DNA of 64,000 nt from Amoebidium appalachense (GCA_963693365.1 CAVNZM010000014.1:2480001-2544000); one strand, 5' to 3'. Numbered from the stretch's first letter, positions 21,014 through 34,461 are shown. The notes: generated by a model not told the origin, from the sequence alone. Numbers and translations are program-made.

Positions 21014-21404
21014 AAAAAAAGAAAGAAAGAAAAAAAGAAAAAGAACTTAAAAAAAACACCACCACGTCCACAAACACACATACGCAACAAAAAACGAAGA
21101 ATAAGAGAAGGAGCAGAGACATTTTTTCCTGCAACTGAGAAGATAATAATAACATCTAAATGGAAAACAAAAGCAAAGAAGAGATACATCCTTGTACGAT
21201 TGAGAGATTGCAAAATTTTAGGTGGCCCGACATACGAGGGGAAAGCGGAGGGAGGATGTGTGGGTGTGTGTGCTATGAAAGGGGAGGAGGAGGAAGAGGG
21301 GGGAAGGGGGGAGGGAGGGGTGAGAGGGGGGGGGGGGGGGGGGGGGGGGAGGGGAGGTGATAGTTTATGTGGTTGTGGGGTGTTCTTCTTCTTTTTTTTT
21401 TTTT

Positions 21405-21436
<32 letters not shown>

Positions 21437-22154
21437 TTGCAGGGCAAGAGAAGTGGGCGGGCGGGCCGGCGTGGGAGGGGAGGGGGGGGGGGGGGAGTGA
21501 GCGCGAGCTTAGCGGGGGAGGAGAGGGTGGGGGAGTGTGTGCGTATGCGTTAGTGGTGGTGTACGTGGGGAAGCACACTGGGAGGTAGGGGGGGAGGAGG
21601 GGGAGGGAGGGAGGGAGGGAGGGATGAGTCAATGGAGGGGGGGGGGGGGGGAGGGGAGGCGATCCTGCAGCTGGGTATGATTACAAACAGTGACAGTCGC
21701 ACCCACCTTTCCCCCTCCGCACCCCTCCCACCCTTCCTCCCCCCTCTTCTCTCTCTCGCCCTCAGGGGTTCCATCCCCTCCTTCTCCAGGAAAAAGAAAA
21801 GGAATTAAAAGACATGCCCGAGAAATCAGAGAGGAAGCCTGGACTAGGAGGGCCTCTAAGGTGCAGCTAAAAGGTACGAGGGTGCACCTTCTCCCACAAT
21901 CACGTTCACCGACACTTTTCCCCACTAGGTCATGGTTGGGCCTGTCCATGTTGGTGACCAGCCCATTCATAAACATTGACACGTGCAACTTGAGCTCTTG
22001 CAGGGTGTGTCAACGTGAACGAATACCCATTTGTTTGCGAATATCAGGAAACTGGTCACCCAGAGCATCTTGCAGAAAGGAAAGGCCCGATCGGAGTTTA
22101 ATCCCCAGGGCATAGCTACCCCCCCCTTCCCCCCCCCCCCCCCCCCCCCCCCTC

Positions 22155-22186
<32 letters not shown>

Positions 22187-23616
22187 ACCACCACCACTCT
22201 TCCCCTCAGCCCCCAATCCCCTTCCCCCCGTTGCCTCTCCTCTCCGACCACACCTCTGTAATGCACACATGCACACAAATAAAAAGTTGCACACATGCAC
22301 AGAAATAAAAGGAAGGGGAAAAGGTCTGTGGCCCCGGTCAGAGACCACCCATTGACGTTATTGGGGGGCGCACCTACCGTACCCCCCCCCCCCCCCCCCC
22401 CCTCCCTTGTTCCCAGGCCATAGCAAGTCCCTTTACCACCTGTTGCTGTTAACGCACACATACTAGTATCTGTCATGTATTACCCAGAGTTTCCTATTTT
22501 AATATACACTGATGATCCAGATTTCTTATTAATATTCATGCAATATCCAGAATTTCATATTTTCGCAAGCGACTCTCCATACACACTATTTTGTATCCCG
22601 CACAGCAAGCCTTGCCAAGTGTATTTGTGATGTCTCGAATTTACTCCACCCCCCCCCCCCCCCCCCCCCCCTGCAACACCTCCCCCTCTCCCCGCCCTCC
22701 CCGCCCTCCACACACAGACATCAAATCACTGTCTATGCAGCATCTTCTATGCTCCGTCCTTCAAATCTACAGGATAACTGTGGTTCTGCTACATTGTATC
22801 AGGAGTCTTTTAAAACACAACTCCACACATATAAAACTTCCACGACTAGTGGCTTCGTATATCAGGCCTGTATGCTATGTGATAGTTGGGTTTAACTTCT
22901 GTTCCAATGATCACAACTCTACCGTCCTAAAATATTACATGCCCGAAGTTCATAGTTTCAGACCCTCCTGTTTTCAACACCTTTCCTTTTGACCTTTTCT
23001 CCCGTATGAGCTGGTTTCCTTTCCCCCCTCCCTCGCGGCCAAAAACCTATGGCACAAAACTGGCACCAAAAGTAATCAAAACAAGAACTACAACACCACT
23101 GCACCACCTCCGATCCATTTTCAGCATCCCCACCACTGCCTCGTCCCCACCATCACCACCAGGCACTGCAAGGTCACATTTGCCCTGAAAAAAGAAAGTG
23201 GAAAAAGATTAGAAAGAGTTCTCTGCGGCGAAGAAAAACATACATGAGATCATAAAAAGGAGACAAGACAAAAAATATCTCCCATGGAGTCAATCATTTT
23301 AGGTCGTCCGAAAGACAAGGGGGAAGCTCGGGAAAGTGTGTGTTGGTATGCGTGCGTGTGCGAGGGGTGTGGGCCTGGGAGGGAGGAGGAGAGGGGGTGG
23401 TGGGGTGGGGGCTGGGGTGGGGGGGTGTAGGCACCGATGGTAGTGCACGTGGTGGGGTTGGCGTGGGAGGGTGGGGGGTGGCAGAGAGAGGGAGAGAGAC
23501 AGGTTTGCAGTGAGTCAGTGGTTGTTGGGGCAGAGGGATGGAGGGAGGGAGAGGGGGGAGGAGGGGGGATTGTTTATGTGCATGTCGGGGTAGGATTGCA
23601 CGTGTTGCAAGCTGCT

Positions 23617-23651
<35 letters not shown>

Positions 23652-24021
23652 GGGGGGGGGGGAAGGTAGTTACATGGCTCCTCCCCCCTTCCCCTCCCCC
23701 CTCCCCCCCCCCCCCTAGGTACCCTCCTCCTCCCCCCCCCCCCCCCCCCACGTCTCCTCCTTTTCCCACTTCGACGGTATCTTAATATCCCCCCAGGCCC
23801 GGTAGACTCCAAAACCTTAATTTTCTAAAAATGTAGGAGCTAGAATCTTATATGGGAACTATTTGTGTTCACCCCTGTACGGGTTAAGGAGACATGATGT
23901 TGGAGAGTTTAAATGGCTTAAGTTTTGGCCAAACATACCACTGCTGGCAGATATCCTATGATTTCATATACGAAGCATTCGAGATTTTGCACAAACGGAT
24001 CGGTGAGGGGAGGGGTTGGGG

Positions 24022-24060
<39 letters not shown>

Positions 24061-24371
24061 GGAGGGGAGGGAAGACGTGATTTCGACATCCACATCAGCG
24101 CAATACTTTTGTTTGCCAAAAGGGAAACACATGCTGTGTCGCTTGAAACTTCCTTGTAAAGCTTCTGGATATCACAGATTTTTGTAAGTGTGGTTTAAGG
24201 AGTATGCAAGGCACATGGCCCCTATGCAGCTCTGAGCACGGCTTTTTACATCGGGAGGGCGAAACTGGGCTGGGCTGGACAGACATTTTCAAAGAGAGGC
24301 TGTTGTAAGTGCTGTTTTCTCGTGTGTGCTGGGTGCGGCGGCGGCGGCGGCGGTGGGGGGTGGGGCGGGGT

Positions 24372-24408
<37 letters not shown>

Positions 24409-24939
24409 GGAAGGGGGGGGTGTGAAGGAGAGATCGGGTGGGGGAGCTCTGGAGGGAGACAAAGGGGGAAGAGGAGGTGGAGAGGGGCAGAGGTGGAGGA
24501 GGGGCTCACGAAGGGATTTTGTGTGGGTTGGTACCGTAGGTGATGTGCTCACGAGACTGTGGTTTAGATGGGTGGGTGGGTCTGCGTGATCGGAAATGGA
24601 AGAGGGTGGGTGGGGTGCTGGGGGGAGGGGGGGAGGGGGGGGGGGGTGCTGAGGAAGGGGTGCTATGTACTGAAATCCCTTCTGCTAGCAGTCTGGGTGA
24701 CCAAGTGTCTCAAACTAGCCGACAAAGTAACTATCTGTCAACCATAGGCGACGACAGTTGCCGTGTACGTGTCAGTACAAGTCAAAATGGGCCATGGTCA
24801 CCAACATGGACAGGCTCAGCCATGAACTATTGTCGGAGGAGTGTTGGTGAACTTGATTGCGGGAAACAGTGCACCATTCACCCGTCCAGATCATAAATTC
24901 TCTCGGGTTTCTTGGGGCTGACTTTGTTGCTTTTCCCCC

Positions 24940-24960
24940 TGGGGTAGGGGAGGGAAGGGT

Positions 24961-25024
<64 letters not shown>

Positions 25025-25167
25025 GGAGAGACTGTGTGGTTGATATGGGACATAATAGGTTAGGTTACCTTGCAAGCCACCTTTGCTTTTCCCCCTGGGG
25101 TTCAGCAGACGAGTTGCTTTTCCCCCCTGAGGTAACTTAGTATGTCCCATATCATCCACACGGTGTT

Positions 25168-25232
<65 letters not shown>

Positions 25233-25270
25233 ACACACACCCCCCCCCCCGCCTTCCCCTCCCCTCCTTG
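24940..25270. repeat. Fold-back inverted duplication
   Basis: GTGTGGTTGATATGGGACATA pairs with TATGTCCCATATCATCCACAC. The arms are extended by ~60-nt poly-G and poly-C and by GGGGAGGGAAGG/CCTTCCCCTCCCC. Confidence 0.75.
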
Positions 25271-27396
25271 CAAGCCGCCTTCTTGTGAGACTTCAGAATC
25301 TCACAGCACGGTTTTTTGTTGAAAAAAAGACAAACGAAAGAAAAGGAGCACCCGAGGGTGGGCACCCCAGGGTGGGGTGGTGAGGGGAAAGACTCCGAGA
25401 CTAATTGATAATATTGGGTTTGTATGGTATTTGCCAACTGTTCAAGAACGTTCGCCAATAAAATGACAATACCCAACTTCCATGCACCTGATATAACACC
25501 GTGGGGATATACCGAGCAAAAAAAAAACCCCTATACTTGAGACTGGCCACTGTGCCTCGAGTAAACAGCATCAACCCTCCTGTATATAGGGGAAGGGTTA
25601 TATGTTTGCTTTTTAAATTAAACGATATTGGGAAGGCCACATGGATCAGTTACAAGAACTTCAAATACATAGGAGCCCGGCCCCGGTTAATCGGGTCGAT
25701 TGCACGGATGTTATAAATCAAATCTTGATGTAGACTATGCCTTAGTCCGGTTGGTTACCGGAGTTGGGAAGAAATGGATCCTCCCCCCCCCCCCCCCTCC
25801 CCCCCCCCCTCCTCCCCCCCTCCTCCCCCCCCCCCCCATCCCCCCCATCCCCCTCTCCCAGCCTCCCCTCCTCCCCCTGGGGTCTTTAAACCTCACAAAA
25901 TCCCATGTCCCTTGCCATCCCCCCCCGCCTCCCCCCTTTTATTTCCCCTGTCCGCCTTCCTTCCTCTCCACCCCCCGCTCCCCACCTTTCCCCCTGTGCT
26001 CTCTTGCACGACTTGTGAAGTTACACCGTTTTGACTGGCTCTGCTTTTGAGGAAGCATTCACAACTTGCCTGGCCAACGTGAAACAACTGGTCGCCCAGA
26101 CTGCTTACAGAAAAAATAGGAACAGGTTACAACATGATGCGGTACATATCACCCCGTCATCCGCACCTCCACTCCCCTCTCACACACATACAAACACATA
26201 CAGACAGACACACGCACGCGCCTGCACACACACACACACACACCCACACACTCACGACACATGCCTTTTAAATCCTGCAACAATTTTCTACGCCTGTCCA
26301 TCAAAGTTATTACCAGTAACCGTTCCTGTGTGTGTTGCAAATACGATGTGCACCAATGGAGCTAACGTGTGCCAACTCGAACCCCTTTTTTACCTCTTCT
26401 TTCTTTCTTTCTTTCTTTCTTTTTTTTTTTTTTTTTTTTGGTTTGGGAGCCACTTTCTCGTTCTGATTTGGTTCCACAATCAAGTGGTCGCCACTCTTCT
26501 CATTACGATTTAGGTCAGGTTCATTTACATTTGGTGGCCAATAGTCCGTTTCATTTGCACTACTTGAAGTGCAGGCGTGTCTTCTCCACCATAAATCCAG
26601 GCATCTGGTTGCCCATAGTACTTTGCAGAAAAATCTGTCTGGTATAAGTCTGACCAGCAGTAACGCCCTTTCTCAAAACCCCTCGACCAGTGTACGTCTT
26701 GCTCCCCCTGTCCTGTATCGGTGTCTCTTTGTTTCCCTCTACCTCTCTACCTCCCCCTCTTACAGTTTGGGCCTCTGTCTCGGTCTGTCCCTTGTTCTCA
26801 GGCTCACCCATAATAGATAATGGTATTTAGGTACACCTCTCCCTCTTTACCCCCCCCCCCCTCTCCCCCCCCCCCCCCCACACACACACCCTCTCCCGCC
26901 TCCCCCTCCCCCTCCCCCCCCCCCCTCAATTACCTCTTCCTCCCTCTCCCCTCCCTCCCTTCCCCTTCCCATCCCTCCCCGTCCCCTCCCTTCGAGTCAC
27001 TCATCCTCCCCCGCTCTCGCCCTCCCCTCTTCCTTACACTCCCAAGTTGCTTCTCTTTCCCCCCCTCTTTTTTTTAAATTATCCCCCCTCCCCCCCCCCC
27101 CCCCCTCCCCACCTCCCTCTCTCTCTTCACGTCCCATCCCTCTTCCTATCCCTCTCCTTCCTTCGTCCCCCTCACCCTCACAAGAAGGAAAACAACAACA
27201 ACAAAAAAAGAAGAAGAAGAAGAAGAAGACAGCTTATCAAACTGCTGGAACAATCATGGCACCTTGTGTGCAACCATTGCAGCGTACATCGTGCATGGGG
27301 GCAAATGCACAAAACCTCAAACTACTGCTGCATCTCTTTTTTTTTATAGAGTCAAGCTTTGGTTTGTAAGGGATTCGGTGGTTTCAAGTGTTTACC

Positions 27397-27441
<45 letters not shown>

Positions 27442-27788
27442 CCCGGTTCCCTACCACCACCACCACAAAAATCACCACAAAAAAACCAGCACCAACACAC
27501 ATCCCCCCCCCCCCCCCCCCCCCCCCCTCAACCCCCCCACCCCCCCCTTCCTCCCCCTCCCCCCACCTCCCTCCCTCCCTCCCCCCCCCCCCCCCCCCCC
27601 ACTCACACACAAGCACGCACTTACATACCCACACACGGGAACCTACACACGCACAACCGTAGATAGAGCAAGCGAGCAAGTGTACTTGTGGTTGTATCCG
27701 AAGACAAAGTGCAAATCCGTACTGGGCAAACCAGATGAAGCACGAAATATTCGCAGAGACAGCTCATGAGAGAACCTCTCTCTCCCCA

Positions 27789-27827
<39 letters not shown>

Positions 27828-28856
27828 TTTCCCTGTCTGTCGCCTCCACCCCCTTCTTCTCCGGGGAAAAAAAAACATCCAAGAAAAAGAAAAAAAGAAA
27901 TCAGATATGAATCATGGTTAGGAGGTGTGGGAGTGCACTGTGTCTCACAACCGAATGCACCGATCCTCCTCTAACCCTGTGCATGGTTGGGCCTGTCTTT
28001 GTTGGTGACCAGCTCATCTCATTTGCACCAACACGTGCAGGTACTGTCACGTGTGGTTATAACACCCGCTGTGTTGCCCATCAAAAGGCGGTTGGTCACC
28101 CAGGCTTCTTGCAGAACGAAGTTGCCCGGGTCAGAATCCTTTCCTGGCAGTACATAGGCCCGCCTCCCCTTCACACATCCCCCCCTCTGAGTCACGACCC
28201 ACACCCCCTTCCCCCAGCTACCCTTCTCCCCGACCCGCACATCCACCCAGCCACAGCCACTCGCCCGCCCACCCACCCACCCACTCATCCAACCACCCAA
28301 GCCTCTGTTACACGCACACCGTGACACACCACACACACACACACACACACACGCGCGCGCGTGTGCGCGCGCGCGTGTGTCAGAGAAAAAAGTGTGGCTC
28401 TCCTCAGAGACCACCATTTCGAGTCAACGGGGGTCACACACTGTACCGACACACACAACCCCCACCTCACCCCCTCCCCCAACCTGTCCCCACCTCAAAA
28501 AGGGGGTTCCAATTGCGACTGAAATCTCCCAAAAAGAATTGAGACGTTAAATCCCTTATTCGGTCCCGATGTTCCTTCGTTAGTTTTGCCTGGTCCTGTC
28601 TGTAGCTGGGGTTATCTTAATTTACCGTCGCCCTTTACTTCCCCCCTTTTCTCCCTTCCCCTCCCTTCCCCTCCCCCGCCCCCGCCCCCCCTGGGCCGGG
28701 GGGGGGGGGGGGGGAGTTATATGGTAGTGCACGTGGTTGGGGTTTGAAGGGGGAGGGAGGGGGAGGGGGGGGGGGGGCAGGAGAGGGGGAGGGGAGGGAG
28801 TGAGGGGAAGGAGGCGGAAGGGAGAGAGAAAGAGGGGTGTGGATGTCAAAGAGGGG

Positions 28857-28892
<36 letters not shown>

Positions 28893-30224
28893 GTAGGTGT
28901 TCTGCTGTTTAGTATGGATACAAGTTACCTTCATCCCCCCCACCCCCCAAAAAAAAACAAAAACAAAAAAAAAAACCGACCCCACCCACTCTCACCCTCT
29001 CTGCCCCCAGGAAAAAGCAAATATTCAAGGCACTCCCGAGAAATCAGAGCTAGAGGAAGTATCGGTTTGGAGGGATGAGGCGCCGCATCCAACAATCACG
29101 TGCACCGACACACCAACAACACTAGTTCATGTAAAATCTCCCCATGTTGGCGACCAGCCTGCTTCATATGCACTGACACATGCAGTCCCACTTTCTCGAC
29201 ACCATAGTGGGCCAACACCCACTTCTGGCCGTCATCTGGCACTGGTTGCCAAGACTGCTTGCAGAAAGAGTTTGCCCTGGTCAGAGTATCAAATTATATT
29301 ACTGTACATGGCACCCCCTTCTCCCCACATTCACTGCTCAAACCACCTCACCCCCCCCCCCCCCCCCCTCCCCCCCCCCCCCCCCCCCCCTTCCCTCATG
29401 CCCACCCACCCTAACTAAAGTCCCACACACACTTGGAAAAAGAAAACAGCTATCACCAGAAGCTCAGATACCACCTAGTTTCTTTTCCTCCGCTTATTAA
29501 TATGCGGTATGCTATAGTGATAGAGTGGGGCCGATTTACCACAACAGAAATTTAGTGAATATTTTTTGTTCATATTCTCATAACGTTTGTGGGGAGCCCC
29601 TCTTTCCCTCCTCTCACCCGCGGTAACAGCCAACACATCCTCCCCCCTCCCTCTCACTCCCCTTCAGTTCTTCCCCTGCAAACTCCCCCACCCGATCCCC
29701 CCCCCCTCCCCCCCCCCCCCCCCCCCCCTCTCCCGGTAGAGGTTTCAAGAGTGCAAACATGTGGATCACAATTGTGGATTATCATGATCCACATGATAGA
29801 GTCAAAAGCGTAGATGCAGATGTATCCTGTACTAGGGGACACACGTGTATTTGCAGATCATTAAAAAAAAAACGATTTTTCAAATCGCACAAGTTCCCTG
29901 CAAGAATACATGTATCGACAATCATAGCCGGGAGTGTACTTGCAGATGTTCGCAGATGAAAAAAAGGATATTGTACAAGTCTGGCAGCATTTTCTTAGGT
30001 ACAGCACATTATTGCTCCAAGCAGACATATTTAATATCTTGCAGGTATATTCGTAAATCATAAAGCACATGCTTGTGTATCCCCATGTGCCTGCAGACAG
30101 AGCCCATGAGAGCACCTTCAATACAATCTCTGAGATTGAACACATGCGTGCTGTACCTCCCTGTATATGCACGAATCATATTAAAAGCATCTTTCTGTAT
30201 TATATCCCTGAGATAGATCACACC

Positions 30225-30262
<38 letters not shown>

Positions 30263-30309
30263 TATATATATATATATATATATACATATCAGCATATATA
30301 TATATATAT

Positions 30310-30378
<69 letters not shown>

Positions 30379-30380
30379 GA

Positions 30381-31133
30381 CACGAATGTGCATAGATATA
30401 CCTGTAGATAGAGCACAAGAATATGCATAGATATACCTGTAGACAGAGCACAAGAATGTGCATAGATATACCGGTAGATAGAGCACACTAATGTGCATAG
30501 ATATACCTGTAGATAGAGCACAAGAATGTGCATAGATATACCGGTAGACAGAGCACAAGACTGTGCATAGATATACCGGTAGATAGAGCACACATATGTG
30601 CTTAGATATACCTGTAGATAGAGCACAAGAATGTCCATAGATATACCTGTAGACAGAGCACAAGAATGTGCATAGATATACCGGTAGATAGAGCACACAA
30701 ATGTGCAAAGATATACCTGTAGATAGAGCACAAGAATGTGCATAGATATACCTGTAGACAGAGCACAAGAATGTGCATAGATATACCTGTAGACAGAGCA
30801 CATGAATGTGCATAAATATACCGGTAGATAGAGCACAAGAATGTGTATAGATATACCTGTGACAGAGCATAAGAATGTGCATACATATACAGGTAGATAG
30901 AGCACACAAATGTGCATAGATATACCTGTAGATAGAGCACAAGAATGTGCATAGATATGCCTGTAGATAGAGCACAAGAATGTGCATAGATATACCTGTA
31001 GATAGAGCACACAAATGTGCATAGATATACCTGTAGATAGAGCACAAGAATGTGCATAGATATGCCTGTAGATAGAGCACAAGAATGTGCATAGATATAC
31101 TTGTAGATGGAGCACACAAATGTGTATAGATAT
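30381..31133. repeat. Minisatellite, 35-bp unit, ~21 copies
   Basis: GAGCACAAGAATGTGCATAGATATACCTGTAGATA at 30411, 30446, 30481...; no unique spacers; preceded by (TA)n. Confidence 0.95.
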
Positions 31134-31401
31134 ACGGGGGGTTTACGCTGTTTACTCGAGGCAAAGAGAGACCAGTCTCAGGTATGGGGGGTTTTTGCTC
31201 GGAATATCCCCTCAGCGGTATATCATGATCACGTACATAGATGTCGGGTGATGATTACATATCAGGGTTTACTTTCTCTACGACTCTACGAGACACCATA
31301 AAGACTAAGAAAAATCAATTAGTTGGGGTTCCCGTTTTTTTTTTTTTTTTTTTTTTTTTTTTCTTTTTCCGGGCTCCCCTGGGACACTCGGTATCAGCTG
31401 G

Positions 31402-31504
<103 letters not shown>

Positions 31505-32582
31505 CTAGAATTTTGTAATGATTTGTTTCTCAAGCCATTCAATACATCTAATAAACAGGTCGTAGTTACGCGTGATTAGTATAAAATCAAGGATGTTGTA
31601 ATTTACAGGTAGGCTATCTTTCTGGGTGTCTGTTGTGAATGTGACGTGTGTGTGTTGCGGTATTATGTGGTCTATCAAACTACATTTGGCAATACATGAC
31701 CGTTTAAACTGGTGTGTGTGTGTGTGTGTGTTGTTTGGGCATGCAAACGATGCCACCTTATACTTATTAGATCTCCACTGTATAGCACGTGTACAGTAAA
31801 AGCGTGGTGTGTGATCAATAATACCATCAGCTAGAGAAAGACCAATTATACAGGAAGGTAATATGTATTTAGGTGGTACACATTTGCGAGTGCCATATTT
31901 GGCAATAACATATATAACATTGTAATGGGATACTCAATATTCCTCTGGTGCATCTGCCGACAGACCCCGCTGTCAACGACAATCCGATTACCTAATCCGA
32001 TTACCTTATATGTACATGTGCAATCATGTGAGAAGGGTATTGATATTCCATAGCTATTTTCATATGTACACTGCGGGATATACCCTAGATTTGCCACTAT
32101 AAAAATTAAACCTTAACGAGGCAACTTCGTTGGATGGCTATCTTTACTATTTATCTAATAATGGCAAGCGTTAATGAAAGAGTCGAAGAAGAAATATACA
32201 CATTGCTAGCAATTGGTGCATGTATGTGCTGTTCATGGCAAAAGAGCAACACATACCATTTTTGTCCGGTTCCGGACAGAGAGTTATCTACATGAACTTA
32301 ACCGCGGCATCAATTCGAATGTTACGAGAAATAATGTAAAGACTATATATGTAAAGACTATGTAAACGCACATGTCAAATAAGTCGGAGCACACAGGGCT
32401 AATCGCACATGTCAAATAAGTCGGAGCACACAGGGCTAATCGTCGACAAAATCAAACAACACAAGAATATCATTAAGAAGTTAAAACCTAAAACTATACT
32501 TGACCAAGTAAAACACCGACATACGGCTGTCAAGAATCCCCGCCCCCCCCCTCCCCCTCCCTCCCCCCCCCCCCCAAAACAC

Positions 32583-32647
<65 letters not shown>

Positions 32648-32723
32648 TGTACATGTACACATGCACACATGCACACATGTACACATGCACACACACAAAA
32701 CTCTCTCTCTCTCTCTCTCTGCC

Positions 32724-32759
<36 letters not shown>

Positions 32760-33338
32760 TTTCCCCAGCACACACACGAACCCTGAGTTTTTTAGTTTTG
32801 TTTACCAAAACAAAGGGAAAAGAAGATATAGCTCAAACATATGTCTAAACAGAACACAAAATCTGTAACTCGCAAAGATATACCTAGAAAACGTCAACCC
32901 CCCCCCCCCCCCCCCAAAAAAAAAAAAAAAAAAAAAAGGAAGAAGAAGAAGAAGAAGAAAACAAAAAATCTGCGATAACGGAGGCTTGAGGATGTGAGAC
33001 AGAGAAGAGGCCCGTTTCTAGAACGCCGTAAAGACAGCCATAATTTACGTTAGTGGTCGAAAAACTAAAATTGCAGAAAAGCAACCAAAAAAATCAGAGG
33101 TTTGGGGAGGCCTGGGGAGGAAGACTTTGGATCTCCCCGAATGGTGTGAAACGGTGCATATTTTGCAGGGTTACTTGCATATGTCGCCATCCACGAGAAT
33201 GCAGATTCTTCCACCATCCCAATCTGCACCAATGGTTGTGTAAGTCCATACGTCTCTAAATTCTTGCTTTGTTTGGTCTAGTTTGGCAACCATTCATAGT
33301 ATTATTCCCTCGGCTTGTGTGTGTGCGTGTGTGTGTGC

Positions 33339-33377
<39 letters not shown>

Positions 33378-33426
33378 GGTGTGTGTGTGTGTGCGCGGGT
33401 GTGCGTGCACGCGCGCGCCGCGTGTG

Positions 33427-33460
<34 letters not shown>

Positions 33461-33542
33461 CGTGTGTTGGTGGTTTTTATCTTTTTCTTTCCTGCTTTCT
33501 TTCCTTTGGGGGGGGGGGGGGGGGGGAGAAGAGGGGGCTAAC

Positions 33543-34419
33543 CCACCAATAGACTGCAGCCCTTGCCATCTGGGCCGAGCTGGGACGTCCACTGACGGGT
33601 CGCACATCCCACCGGTCAGAACGGGTCGGTCCGAGTGAAAGCTTTTCGAATCGGGCCATACAAACGGACAAATCACTGTCGTCGACAATCTCCCGGGCCA
33701 TGTTCCGGGATGGGTACTGCCTTTCCGGGCCGGCACGCGGGTTTCCTCTGTAACCCGAATTTGCAGGTTGCATGGGGGCTCTATATCCCCCGTTGATTTG
33801 GGGGTGGGTGAGGTGGGGGGTTGACGTTGCACGTGGGCGGGGGTTGTACTGGCGGGTACCCGAATTTTGTACGTGGGTGTAGGATCCCCCCTGGTTGCGG
33901 GGGCGGTATTGGGGGTTTCTCATGCGATAATTGGGTAGATTTTCATCGGTCGTATCCAAAAGTTCCCCCAAGAGCCTCTCCCCAGCCTTCTCCATGTTGA
34001 GGGGGTCAAATGGTTCCTCAACATCGTCATAGTAGTACAGGTCACCCTGCGGATATGTAAAATTAAAAAAAAAAGGAAGGAAAGAAAGAAAGAAAGAAAA
34101 AAGAAAAAAAAAACATCCCAAAAAGGAAGGGGAGGGAGGGGGGGGGGGGAGGGGGGGGGATTTGTAAAAGGCTGGGGACGGAAGGATTAGTGTTACAGAA
34201 GGTTAAGTGTTTCGGGAGGAGTTGCAACCGGATAATGAATGAGTTGGGAGGAAAACAGCCAGGTCGATGGGACACAGTTATGGGAAGAAACCCAAAAACG
34301 GGGAGAAAACTTTTGGTATTTCTTCTCCTTTTTTTTTTTTTTTTTTTTTTTCTTTCTTTTTTCTTTTCTTTTCTTTTCTTTTCTTTTCTTTTCTTTTTCT
34401 TTTTTATTTTATTATTATT

Positions 34420-34461
<42 letters not shown>

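Larger units (their letters stand above)
12827..29330 (+). repeat. Dispersed array of ~12 diverged copies of a structured ~190-250 nt element (candidate ncRNA or TE module)
   Basis: Core CCCACAATC...CATGTTGGTGACCAG...TGCAC-N6-GTGCA...TGGTCACCCAGACT(A/G)CTTGCAGAAA at 12885-13068, 13824-14008, 14612-14773, 17233-17423, 18250-18458, 20219-20345 (partial), 21893-22078, 24863-24680 (inverted), 26060-26113 (partial), 26473-26631, 27944-28116, 29089-29267. Confidence 0.85.

Noticed and set aside
21950-22062. tRNA or tRNA-derived SINE (GGTGACC/GGTCACC acceptor-like stem)
   Set aside because: No T-loop GTTC/B-box or D-loop, and the arm geometry is wrong.
12885-29267. Repeat core as a repeated coding exon (VGDQP or LVTNMDRP motifs)
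   Set aside because: Copies differ by frameshifting indels and stops, and splice signals are not consistently conserved on either strand.
30381-31133. CRISPR array (35-bp periodicity)
   Set aside because: The units are contiguous with no unique spacers, there are no cas genes, and the context is eukaryotic; it is a minisatellite.
30258-31164. 285-291 aa repetitive ORFs
   Set aside because: Open in several frames because the 35-bp unit lacks stops on that strand; the period is not a multiple of 3.
32367-32441. 37-bp tandem duplication (similar pairs at ~47657-47733 and ~50121-50158)
   Set aside because: Ordinary two-copy slippage duplications with no further structure.
33060-33255. Coding last exon of the SAM gene
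   Set aside because: The frame depends on an ambiguous donor (33547 gives an immediate TGA; 33543 gives an open frame with no homology). It cannot be resolved from sequence alone.
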